Source: Prorocentrum cordatum (Eukaryota). Taken from it: a DNA stretch of 64,000 nucleotides. A model generated the notes under the pieces. That model did no database searches, was not told the DNA's origin, and was given only the letters and a program-made list of their open reading frames with translations. How positions within the stretch are numbered: position 1 is the stretch's first letter; each line of letters starts with the position of its first letter. The stretch lies in NCBI GenBank assembly GCA_963575745.1, contig CAUYUJ010000004.1, forward strand, positions 496,001 to 560,000, in the 5' to 3' direction. Below, piece by piece: positions 32,910 to 44,600 of the stretch. A program made the position numbers and the translations under genes.

Positions 32910-34695
32910 TGGCATGTTTACAAGGGTTGTTGATGTTATTCCCTGCACATCCTTTACAGGTATGGGGTGCCGTGTTTCTTGTTCTCGCCTCCAGGGGGGA
33001 TGTTCCAGTTTTTGGCTTGCGGGCATTCTGGGTGTAGGGTGACGCCTTTTATCTACGGTCGCTATGCGGTGCTGGGGGTCGCACGCACAATATGTACTCG
33101 GTAGCGTTGGCCTTTGTCATTGTGGCATGTGTGTTCGGTGTGTGCTTGGGTTTGCAAAGGTGGTCATTACGCGGGCCATTGAGCGCCTGCGTGCCCGTGC
33201 TGCTCGAGGTGGGCGTCGTTATACACCCCTGCTTAGACTCCAGAAAGTGCTAAGCTAAGAACAGAGAGTTCGCTCCACCAGTTCTCTTAAACAGTCCAGG
33301 TTCAGATATACTAAACGTGGACGAAAAGCAAGCTCCACCAAGACGCCCAGGGTCCAGTCCAGACTCGTTCTTTTTTAACCAGGATATGTAGTCTATAGAA
33401 GCGGATGCCTTCTATTCGAACCAAAACTATGATAGGGGTACAGTGCCGTTTTTAATACATGCTCCGCGTGCGGATTATGTATTACAAATGCAGGGATGTA
33501 GCATTAAAAACAATGATGACTTTATGCGCTGATTTATTCATACATTGATCATGTATTAAAAATCATATATGCTTAAACATCCTGTGTATTAAAAACTGCC
33601 CTGTAGAGTCCCCTCGTGTATGGTGCTGATTATTGGGTGGGTCGGCATCTTCCTCGTTTGGAAGTGGGGGGGGGCGCCCGCCTGCCCCGCGCTGCGGTGA
33701 GTCGCATGTGCGGGTACACCACGGCTCCTCCCTCCTCTCTCGGGCTGCGCGGTTCTCTGTCGGTGAGCTTGCATCGCAGGAGATCGCGAGAAGTTCTCTA
33801 GCAGATGCGACAGGGCGAATTTCAACGCGGGTCGAGCGTCGTGCCGGCATCCTTGCCCAGATGCTCCTGGCATGTCCGTTTCAAACCTAGTGCCGCTCGA
33901 GCGGCCTTCCGCTGCAGATGGGGAAACCACCCTGGAATCAAGATCTGTCGTTGCAGGTGTGGTGTGGGGATTTCCCTGTCTACATTATTGCTTCAGGGGG
34001 TTCCCACCGCCCCCTTGAGTGTATCGTGTGTTGTTTCGTTGATGATCTAGACGCCTCTCCTCGCGCCCTCTTGCTCACCCCCGTGTCCTCCCTTCCTTTT
34101 CCCTTCCTCTTATCCCCACTCGTCCTCCTCGTCCTCCCACGTTCATCGTCCGCCGCTCCTCCCCATTCTCTAATTTTGCACTGCTTTGATTCGCAAGAGC
34201 AGTCGCGTCTGACAGATATGATGTTTGCGATGCGGCCTTAGCCGCAAGTCTGGAACGGCTAGTCGCAAGTAGAGGTGGTGCAAGCAGACTAGCCCGCACG
34301 GGCACTGAGCAAATCAAGCCATCTGCGCGTGGAAGTGAGGGCGGCACAGCAAACACGCCATGACCGTAGACCAGGCGGATGCCGTAGGTAGAGTGGAACG
34401 ACATATCATATGAATGACGGCGGTTCAAAGTGGATGGCAGTGTGTGGCTACTGGAACGGCTGCAAGTGAGAGCCAGAACACCTCCTCCCTCCAGCTACCC
34501 CAACAACAACAGCTCCCCAACTCGATGGGTGTCTGGCTGGCTCTTGCAGCAACCTGGGGCGGTGTTGAACTGGTAGGACATGGGCGGTGATGAACCGGGA
34601 CACTGGGCACGTGTAGAGGGTGCTAGGTCAGGAAGCGAAGGCCGATGATGGATACGCTTTACCAAGTCAGGGAACACCCTCACGATACATTAATA

Positions 34696-34890
34696 GGGGA
34701 ACAAAGCGTGACATAAACATAAAAACTCGGAGGTCCTCGCGGATTTCTCGGATCGGCGCTGGACCCCCCTCCCTGGCGCGCGGAGTGCGCCAGGGGCGGC
34801 GCCGGAGGCGCCGCCAGGGGGCCCCAGCGCCGATCCGAGAAATCTGCGCGGACCTCCGAGTTTTTATGTTTACGTCGCTTTTTGTTCCCC
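34696..34890. mobile_element. MITE copy 1 (~195 bp, ~65-bp TIRs GGGGAACAAA...TTTGTTCCCC)
   Basis: Arms aaaactcggaggtc..ttctcggatcggcgctgg / ccagcgccgatccgagaaatc..gacctccgagtttt. TA on the left flank, GA on the right. Confidence 0.85.
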
Positions 34891-35060
34891 GAATTCACGG
34901 GTGAGGCATGCAGTCCAAGATGGGGTGCTTGTGCGTGACGGTCTGCGGGCGCCGTCGAAGTTCCGCGCCGATGGGCGACAGTAGAAGTTTGTTGCTCACT
35001 ACCGCCGTTGGTGTAAGCACACGCCCACCAGGCACAGTGAACAACGCTGCTGCGTTCATA

Positions 35061-35267
35061 GGGGAGCAAAAAGTGGCATAAACAGAAAAACTCGGAGGTC
35101 CGCGCAGATTTCTCGGATCGGCGCTGGGGCCCCCCGGCGGCGCCTCCGGCGCCGCCCCTGGCGCCGCCCCTGGCGCGCTCCGCGCGCCAGGGAGGGGGGT
35201 CCAGCGCCGATCCGAGAAATCCGCGCGGACCTCCGAGTTTTTATGTTTATGTCGCTTTTTGTTCCCC
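35061..35267. mobile_element. MITE copy 2, opposite orientation, flanked by TA...TA
   Basis: Same TIRs as copy 1; the internal GC-rich core is the reverse complement of that in copy 1. Confidence 0.85.
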
Positions 35268-36196
35268 TAGTTCAGAACCCCCGTGCCCACGTGGCACATC
35301 ATTTTCACAACACTGGATGATGCTCTGCATGCGCTAAGTTCATCTGTGCACGAACCTTCGCACTCTAGGCCTGATAAGGGCCGTCGCAGCGGCCTTGCAC
35401 CCCAAAGTCCTGCGTCGCTGCCCTCCTCCCCCCGGTGTTGTCCCCCTTCCCTCTCCCTGCCAGGGCCTGTTGCGCCTGCTCGCTCCCCGCGTTCGGCGCC
35501 CCCTCTTGCTCCCCTTCGTGCCAGCGGGAGGACCACGAGCACCTCGCGGAGGCGCACCGCCACACCGATGTGCGCCTCTCGGACCCCGTCCGTCCCCTTG
35601 ACTTCTTCCCCTGAGGAGAGCAAGGAGGAGGAAGAGGAGGGGCAGGAGGAGGAGGAAGCGGAAGCGGAGGAGGAGGAGAAGGACCAGTGTACACCCAAGA
35701 CTCATCAACCATGTTGGAATAGACCCTTTCTCCGAGCTCCCTTTTCATAGGCCCCTACAAGGGCTCATCCCTCAGTCCAGGATCCTTTCTCTCTTGGGAG
35801 CCCCGCTCGGCTGCATATCCTGTCGCGGTTGGCTCTTGCAGCCTCGCTCTGCTCTTTCTCCTTACGCGCCGCCTACCCTCATCTGCTCTGCATGGGTTGC
35901 GGCTGTCTGCCCGCCACCGACCGACCGACCGACCGATCGACCGTCGGAAGAGGAGGAGGTGGAGGAGGAGGAGGAGGAGGTGGTGGAGGAGGAGGAGGAG
36001 GAGGAGGAGCGAGGTGCAAGGAGCAAGGAGCAAGGAGCGAGGAGCGATGACGAGGACGAGGACGAGGACGAGGAGGAGGAGGAGGAGGAGGAGAAGGAGG
36101 GGTTGGAAGAGGAGGAGAAGGAAGAGGAAAGGGAGGACCTTTCGCACCTTTCCTACGATGGGACCCCTGAGTGCAAGCTCAGCCCCACCATCCACA

Positions 36197-37985
36197 TCAC
36201 TTGCCAGGGAACTCCATGCCATACTTAGGTGGGAGTCCCCTGCTCATCCTACTCGAGTTCTGCCTCCCAGTGGCAGCCATCTCGGGAGGGCAGGGTTTGG
36301 CAATATTCACCGGATGTTGTGCACAAACATTCCCACTAAGCTTGCAAAACACAATTCCCCGAAACACTCGAAGGGAATGAGTGGGGTGCATCTTGACCAG
36401 GAGAGGATGATCAGTCACGGCCTCTCCAGGAAGACCGCCAGCGGAGCAGTCCGCGGCGACGGGCCCAACTTGCTCAACGGTACCCAACACAGCGCACCCT
36501 GCACATTGGGAAGGCTTAAAATGATCTCACTTGCCCTTGAGGGCTGGGAACTTACAAAAGCATCTCTGGACTCAACTGAGCTCCCACTTTCAAGATGTCA
36601 GGTCCCTGTGCCAGCAGACGGAGCTTGCGCTGGTTCAGGGACGTGATCACATTCTTGATTCGGTGTTGCTCTCGGCCTAGGCGATCGTCTCTGGACCTCA
36701 AACACGTCAGCACAGCATGACGACTGATCGCCGAGAGCCGTCGGAGCACTAAAAACTTGCGGTGATCCTCTTTCCCGCAGCCACTTATACACTGAGGATC
36801 TAGGGCACCCCAGCCCGCAGCAACTCCTGCAAAATGTCTGCCACTGCATTCTCAACTAAGCTGCGGGCGTCGGGGCGGTTCTCTCCGAGATGGCGCTCGG
36901 CGGGGTTGCTCTTGACCCAAAGGGCCGATACAGTGCCGTCTCTGGTGCTGAGCTGGTCCCACACTTCTTGCCATATACCGAGCATCACAGGCGTGTCAAC
37001 AGGGGCTCGGGGCCCTCTGTTGAAAGCATCGGCGATTGGCCTGCAGTCGGTACAGAACGCGATTCGGCCAGCCGTGAGACTTAGCAGAAGAAACAGCGGC
37101 AAGCCCGGCACGGGGCGAACTCTGATGGGGGCATGCCAGGGTACCACACAGAGCTCCTTCTGCTTCCAATGATCCAGGCCGAAAGTGAACGGCACACCAC
37201 CCAGATCTCCTCATCCTCCAATCCTTGGCACAATCTCTTCCAGACCCATCGGTACCGAAAAGGCCGTTCACGATCTGCCCATCGCCATTAAGAGCTTCCA
37301 GGAACTATCCCCACCTCCAAACTGTCAGCGAGGCCTCAGGAAGGGGACCCAAGGACTAACCAGGGGGAACAAGCCCACGGAGCCAGAAGCACGGGGCATC
37401 CTCAGTCCTTTGGATGGCTTCGGGAGCCATACATTGGGTTTGGGCAGTGTGGGGATCATCCAGCTCTCGGTTACAAATACACTCCCCAAATCTGTGCATA
37501 GGCGTCTCGGCCTGAAGCCCGCATCTGGGACATAGCCCATTCGAGTCATATCCTCCGTCTTTCAAACGCTGCTCTGGCCACTGTGCTCCAATCGTAAGAT
37601 TGTGGAGGACGCCTACGCCCTGCGTGTCTCCGTCTTTGTGCAACTGCTTGCGGAGCCTACGGTACACGGTCAAATCAACAGTTCTTTGCAGGCCATCTCC
37701 ACAAGAATGCTCAGCGGTCTTTAGCCATTGTCATTGTGAAACGCAAGCATCAACAGCGTACCACCAGGAACAACGGAAATCTTTGCGACCGACCCGAACG
37801 ATGCTTCCAGGAAGCTCCCAGCGAATGGGGCTCTTCGGCATGCCTCCCAAGCCCAAGATGGTAGCTATAACCGCACACACGGGTCCCCTAGCCAGGCGCC
37901 ACATATGATCAGGCCCAGCTCCACGCATTTTCCGCACAAGGGGATCCCAAATCTGCAGAATATGCATTTTGAATTTGTCATCAAG
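36197..37985 (-). mobile_element. 5'-truncated LINE fragment with a CCHC zinc finger and RNase H
   Basis: CPRCGLQAETPMHRFGEC (37356..37673); GTDGSG..RRSGW..QSSPRAGLAA (36996..37271); FCTDC..WVKSNP..ENAVAD (36800..37195); C-terminal HPTHSLRVFRGIVFCKLSG. Frameshifted. Confidence 0.8.
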
Positions 37986-37994
37986 GTGAGGCCA

Positions 37995-38655
37995 GGAGAA
38001 GGAGGAGGAGGAGGAGGAGGAGCGAGGAGAGAGGAGCGAGGAACGAGGAACGAGGAACGAGGAACGAGGAGGAGGCGGAGGAGGAGGAGGAGGAAGAGAA
38101 GGAGCAGGAGCAGGAGCAGGAGGAGCGAGGAACGATGAATGAGGAGCGAGGAACGAGGAGCGAGGAACGATTTCGAGAGGGAGGAGGAGGAGGAGGAGGA
38201 GGAGGAGGAGGAGGAGGAGGAGGAGAAGGAGGAGGAGGAGGAGGAGCGCGGAGCGCGGAGCGAGGAACGAGGAATGCGGAGCGAGGGGCGAGGAGCGAGG
38301 AACGAGGAATGAGGAGCGAGGAGCGACGAGCGACCTCCTTTCGCCGCGCCCTCCGCCAAAGGACCTCTGCGTGCGCGCGGGGGTCGAGGGGAGCCTGTTG
38401 AAGCGGGCAGAGCTCCACCGGCAGGCTGGCCTGCCGTTCCCGCCGGCCGCGGCCGCCGCCGCCGGTTGCCGCAGGAACAGGAGGGAGGACCGATGAGAAG
38501 GGAGGGGAAGGAGGATGGGGGGGAGGAGGACAAAGAGGTGGAGGAGGAGGAGGAGGAGGAGGAGGAGGAGGAAGAGGAGAGAAGGGAAAGGATGATGATG
38601 ACGATGACGATGATGACGATGATGACGATGGTGACGATGATGCTGATGATGAATA
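37995..38655. repeat. (GGA)n, GAGGAAC and (GAT)n microsatellites
   Basis: Direct reading. Confidence 0.9.
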
Positions 38656-38662
38656 TTGTAGT

Positions 38663-40307
38663 GGCCTTCGGCCAGTGCCGCCGATCCGGGGCGCTCCGAC
38701 TGATGTGATCCTTCTTCGCCCTCGTCCCTCCTCTCTTTTTCCCTCCCCTCCTCTCACTCAGCATTTATCGAAGACGCCTACGGCGAATCACCGCCGCCCC
38801 CTGCCTTTGTGGAAGCGCCTATGTGGCCGAACGTTGAGGCCAGACCTGCCAAGCCATCGGACCATGTGTTCCCCGAATCGGTTTGGAAAGCCTTCGGGGA
38901 ACACGTGGGCGTCTTGATGGTCATCATCGCCGTCTTGGAGGCCTCTTGGGCGATCTTTCGGCGATCTTTGGGGGCTCTTGGGCCGTCTCGGGCCGTCGGA
39001 AGGCCGAAAGAAGGGAAATGCCCAAATCCATCAAAAACCTTGGGAAAATCAGTGATTTTGGCATCTTTTGGCCTTCCTGGAGGCCCTCTTGGGGGCCTCT
39101 TGGGCCCTTTTGGGCCAGCTTCGAGCCAACTTCGGCCATCTTGGTGGGTTCCTGGCACGTCTGACGCCGTCGGGAGCCGTTTTGGGGGCCTTTCTGGGCC
39201 AACGGGGGACCCTCTTGGGGCGCTCCAGGGCCGTCTTGGAGGCCATCTTGGGCGTCTTGGAGGCCATCTTGGGCGTGTTGGAGGCCTCTTGGGCCGTCTT
39301 GGGGCCCTCTAGGGGCCATCTTGGAGGCCACTTGGGCCATCAGGGGGCTCTCTTGGGGGCCTCTTGGGCGATCTTGGGGGCTTCTTGGGCCGTCTTGAGC
39401 CGTCGGAGAGCCGAAAAGGCGCAAATGCCAAAATCCTTCAAAAACCAAGGGAAAATCAATGATTTTGGCCTCTTCGGACTCTCCTGGAGGACCTCTTGGA
39501 GGCCTCTTGGGCCGTCTGGGAGGCCTCTGGGGGGCCTCTTGGGCCGTCTTGGGCCGTCTTGGACTCTCTTGGGCCGTTTTGGAGGCCGTCTTGGACCATC
39601 TCGGGCGGACTTGGAGGCCATCTTGGGCCATCTTCGCGATTTTTTGAGGATGTCCCGAGCGAAACGGCCGTTTTTTGGAGGATTTTTTGCGGTCGTTGAG
39701 CACGTTTGGGGATTTTCCGGGTGGCCGGCGGGTTCTGCCGGAGCCCACTGGGGAGTTCTTTTGGAAAAAGAACCAAAACCAAAACCTAACAGCTCGTCCA
39801 GCACGCCGTGCACCCCTGCAAGCAGGGGGCGGCGGATCCAGTGGCCGTCGGCCTATCCCGCCACCGTGCGTGGGTGGTGGGTCAGAGGCCTCATGGATGC
39901 TGGTTGGGATCTCGTGGTTGGCTGGGACTTCTGGGGGCCTCTTGGGCGCCTCTTGGGGCTTCTTGGGGGCCTCTTGGGCCTCTTGGGGCCACTAGAGGGC
40001 CTCTTGGGGGTCTCTTGGGAGCCTCTTGGGGCTTCTTGGGGGCCTCTTCTGCGCCCCTTGGGGCCTCTTGGAGGCCTCCTCGGAGCCTCTTGGTGCGGGA
40101 GGGGTGGTACTCGAGTTCGGAACCCCCTCGGAGGCCACGATCCTTGTGAGGGGTGTCAAAAAACGCATCCGCCGGAAACTCGCACCCCCCCCCCACCCAC
40201 CCCCCCTTCCCCGGCAGAGCCACCCCGGCAACCCCCCCAGAGGCTGAGGCTCAGCCTCGAGGTTGTGGCTGAGACTCCTTGAAACTCACACGCCGGATCG
40301 GCGGATT
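38663..40307 (-). mobile_element. Helentron/Helitron2-like element, same family ends as 32448-32909, containing nested insertions
   Basis: GGCCTTCGGCC (38663-38673), CCGCCGATCCGG (38678-38689) and CCGGATCGGCGG (40293-40304). Shares ggcagagccaccc..ctcacacgccggatcggcggatt with the 32.8-kb copy. Confidence 0.65.
38775..39837 (-). mobile_element. Nested element of the same architecture, with internal GGCCTCTTGG repeats
   Basis: CGCC-TAC-GGCG hairpin (38775-38785), CCGCCGCCCCCTGC (38791-38804) and its reverse complement GCAGGGGGCGGCGG (39822-39835). Confidence 0.65.
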
Positions 40308-40901
40308 AATATGATTATGATGATGCTGATGCTGATGCTGATGCTGATGATAATAGAGCGGGCTCGGTTTGCAGCTGGGGTTGAGAGAGTCTCAGGAATG
40401 TTGGACGCAGGTTTCAGACAGCCCTGCGGCATCACATTTTCCATCGTCTCTCTGGGTCCAGCGTGTGCAGCCACACGCCCAGGCCTTTGTTCTCGCGGTG
40501 CTGTGAGCACTCTCGAACCTGTACTGGGCTGGGCTGCGATCGGCGGAGCCGAGCCGCCCCGTCAAGCTCGACGAGCCGCTGGACGCTGCGGCGGCTGCCT
40601 TGGGGGCCGCGGACGCGGCGGAGCGGCGGAGGCCGCCTCGGGCGAGGCAGGCGCCGTGTGCGTGAGGACCGGCGCCCGCTTCGACCTGATCGAGGCCCGC
40701 GTCTCCGAGCTCGCCGAGCTGCTCAGGGCGCGGGCGGCCGCTCCCGAGTCTCGCCCCCGCCGCCCCCCGAACCGACGGCGGCTGCTTCGGCCGCGGTCTC
40801 GGCGGTGGTCTCCGTGCTCCTGGGCGGCTGCTTGCTGGAGCTGCTGAGGGCGGGAGCGTACTGCTGCCTCGGTCCCGTGTGCTGCCCGAGCAGGCGGCGC
40901 G

Positions 40902-41693
40902 ATGGCGACGGCTCTGCGACTGCTGGCCGCAGCTCGGGGGGTGTACTTCAGCCAGGGCGGCCAGGCCGGCGCGGCGGCGGAGTGGTACGGTAAGATGCTC
41001 TTTGGCCTCCACGTGGCGATCTTCCCTGCGGCCGACCCCGGTTATTGGCACGAGCGGGTCCTGTTGTGGCCTACCAGTCCCGACCTTCCCCCTAGGAGAT
41101 GGTTCGTGGCTTCACCTGACGGAGACATATACGCCGAGCCGATCAGGGCTGGCATGGGATGGGGATCCCGCTTCGCCATCCTCGACTACGCGGGCGGCAA
41201 TGCGGACATCCCGTCGGGAACGTGGTACGCCCTTGAGCCGCTGCCCAGCGACGATGACCTCGCGCGGCACACCACCGAGGCTATCGAGGAGGCAGCGCTG
41301 GACGGGATCCGCATCGCCGCGCAGGTTGAGCGGAGGTACCTTCGTCGTGATGGTCGAGAGGTGCCGCTAGCGGACCTCGTGCCGCTACCGCCCCCGCTGC
41401 AGACGACCGAGCCCCTGGTGGAGGGGCCTCCCGCGGGAGATGCGGCCCAGCCTGCGCTGGGGTCGGACACGCCGCGCGGTGGCCACGTGCCCGAGCCTGG
41501 GCGTGCATGGGTCAGCCTCGAGACGGCGCCGGGCCAGATCGCCCGCGACGATGAGGTGGAGCTCAGTGAGACCGCCCTTGCGCAGCGCTCCCAGCGTTCT
41601 GGCATCCCTCAGGCCCGTCTCGTCAATCAGCGGTTCCACGGGGAGGTCGGCCAGACGTGCGGTGGTGCGCTTGATTTCGACCTCCACTCTTGA
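40902..41693 (+). CDS. Truncated ORF resembling the first (gag-like) ORF of dinoflagellate tyrosine-recombinase retroelements
   Basis: The motif WHERVLLWP..RWFVASPDGDIYAE and a later WVSLE are recalled from such elements, not verified. Base composition changes abruptly near 41650-41700. Confidence 0.45.
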   Translation: MATALRLLAAARGVYFSQGGQAGAAAEWYGKMLFGLHVAIFPAADPGYWHERVLLWPTSPDLPPRRWFVASPDGDIYAEPIRAGMGWGSRFAILDYAGGNADIPSGTWYALEPLPSDDDLARHTTEAIEEAALDGIRIAAQVERRYLRRDGREVPLADLVPLPPPLQTTEPLVEGPPAGDAAQPALGSDTPRGGHVPEPGRAWVSLETAPGQIARDDEVELSETALAQRSQRSGIPQARLVNQRFHGEVGQTCGGALDFDLHS

Positions 41694-44600
41694 CAGCCGT
41701 CACAGAATCGCGGGCCTTCACACAGGCTAAAGAGATCATGGACGCTCTCCACTTCTGCGAGAAAACGACTACCGAGTGGAAAAGGCATCGCAGCCTCACG
41801 ACGCTGATGAACCAGACTGCAGGGGAAATGGCTCATTGCGCTTGGATGGCTTCCTGCGCCAGTGGCACGCTACCGCAACTCATGCCGCTGGCAACCAGCG
41901 ATCCATATATGCCAATCCCTTGGATCACAAACGAGCCGCCGCCAGCGACTCCAGCGCAATCCAATCAAGATGATGATCCTTGGGCATCCTACAACTCGGG
42001 CGAAAAACAGGAGCTCCTGCACCCTACAATAGTGCAAAATGCCAAGGATGCGCATGCTCTCACTTGGATTGTATACGAGCAGCTCGTGATCCAGATCAAT
42101 GATACTGCTGGGGCTAGCGATGCAAATAAGTCGCGTATCATTGCAGGGCGTAATGTACTGAGCTCTCATCGTGTCGGACCTCGCATTGACAACTCAGATA
42201 CCATCCTGGCATGCAAAGGTTTCTACACCCGGACTGCCTTGGATGGCATCGAGGTACAACCTGAGCCGCCGGAGCCGGCCGCCAGGCCTGCTGTAGCACC
42301 AGCTCAGGCCCGCTCCCGACCGCCACGCCAGCTGCGCCCCCAGACATGGGTTCGCATATTGCCTCGGACGAGGACGCTGACATGGCTGCGGAGCTGGACG
42401 TAATTCCTGCTGACAATGCGCCTACGCTTGGTCAGCAATTGGAAACTATGCATATACTATCGTGACAGGACTGCTGCGAGCGATCTTACCCTGAGGACAC
42501 GAGCCAGATACTTACATTCAACAATGCATACACTCCTCGCGCGTACAAGCTCCAGGCTGGTCTTACGGACGATCATCCATACGCACCGCCTCCGTTGAGG
42601 GGCACATCCGCACACAATGGCATGGACTGCATTTTGAACGACGACTGTGCGTCTCAATTGGCCTACGACGACTGCGTGATTACCCGCGCGCCCGACATTG
42701 CCCAATCCGGCTGTTTCTCAGAATTGAAGTGGATGTCACTTCCGCCATACGAGCAGACCCGTTACGGACCCGACTTGCTCACGCAAGAGTGGCTTGGCGA
42801 TCCTACATACATGAGCAAGGATATCACGACCATGCTCCGCCATGCGAACCACAACAAACCTTTCAATATTGACCAATTGACTGACCGACGGGTCAACATA
42901 AGGTCGATGAAGGCACAGCAGTCCTGGGCGATTTCCAGCCGTTGGAAATCTTTCCAGGAAATGGCTCAATGGAAATTCAACGAGCGTCGTGGCCAATCCA
43001 ACGGACCATCCACTGAAGCGGCCGTGGCACACTTTCGTAAAGATGGCGAACCAACTGGATACGATTGCTGGACTGATTGCTACCCGATCTTCGTCCTTCG
43101 TGCGATCCAGAAGCACATCGACCCGGAGAAGAATCGGACCGAGGTATATGCCAAATCAGTCCCTGCCGAGAGTGATCCCAGCTGCTTCGATTGGAGCAGC
43201 GTCATTGCTATCCGATGCGTTGGAGGACACAGTTCGGTCAATCCACTCTCCAGGCCATGGAATATGGGCTGGGAGAGCTTACAATGGACGGACGTCAAAT
43301 ACCTCCACCACGGCACGACATTTCGCGCCTGGAGAAACATCCTCAAGACAGGGATCATTTCTGGCTACGTCGATCAGTCTCAGAGAGACAGACGGCAAAA
43401 AGGATCACAGCGTTCGGAGGCATTCTACAGTTCAAGCACCTACGCACACATCGCCAAAACGAATCCTCACACCTCTGTTCAACCGTACAAGTTCAAGCAC
43501 TACAGGGACGAGGTGGAGCTCGTGATCGACATGGAGTTTGCCGCGAAATCTGGTTGCAGATTTTGGCTTGGCGCACAGGGCGCTATCATGACTGAGGACG
43601 TGGTTCCAGCCGCTGCAGTCCTTGCCGTTCGCCGTATCACAGGGCACCGCGAAGCAGGCAAGCAGCCGTGGCCAGAGAAGGGCCCCTGCTGGGACTATCC
43701 GCCGCTGGCTCAGATACCACCATTGAGCAAATACGAGATTTGCGCTATTACTCAGCAACAACCACGACAAGAACAAATGGCACAGGAGTTCGAGGCGGAT
43801 ACGATCGCCGACCCTCCTGGGATCGCGCAGACACTGCCGAGTGCAGCCCCAACTGCGAAGGCGTGCGCCACGGCCCCGCCGCCGCGGACACAGTCTGCCT
43901 CAGCATCATCGGCACAGCAACCTATCGCCCCTTCGCTGGGGACGACCCCTGCTGGCCATACTGCTGACGCCGACGCCTTAGATGAGGCCATCGTCCGCGA
44001 GATGGTCAGCAGTTGTGGGCACAACACACAGGATAAGAACTGGTTGATTGCAATGTCGCGATGCAGAGAGGCCCTCAGACCCATCACAGCAAATATTACA
44101 CAGAAAGACTGGGATCGACGGCCTATCTTCAATGACGTCCGCATGGGAGACTTCATGATCGTCAAAAATTGGGGATCAATCAATTGCTACCACTACGACA
44201 ATCACTACCCAAGGGCGACTACAACACGAGAGCTCGTATGAACAAGGGCCATACATACGGACCAGCCATGCATTTCGGAGTCTTCGAGAAGTTCGTATCA
44301 CTACACATACTTATAGTCAACTACGGCCTACGATGGGTAAACATATGGTATTGCGACAAAAACCTGCCTCTCAAGGGCATTGTCTTCGCTTTGCCAGTGC
44401 GCGCTGACATCGACCCTGTCCACTTGAATGTGGCGATGGAGGGCCCGTCTTCGTGCAGTGATGAGATCGCAGAATTCGCCAGTACAGGTGCTCTGCCGTA
44501 TCTTGGACTCCCGACCATCGACAAGCCGCGCATCCCACGTGCGCCGACCAGACGCCCCGCTCCTCAGACACCCGGTCCCGACAAGGAGCTGGCGGCGACA

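Noticed and set aside
38809..40282. Long ORFs (up to 404 aa) rich in LGASW/LEAILG
   Set aside because: They are translations of the GGCCTCTTGG internal repeat of a non-coding element.
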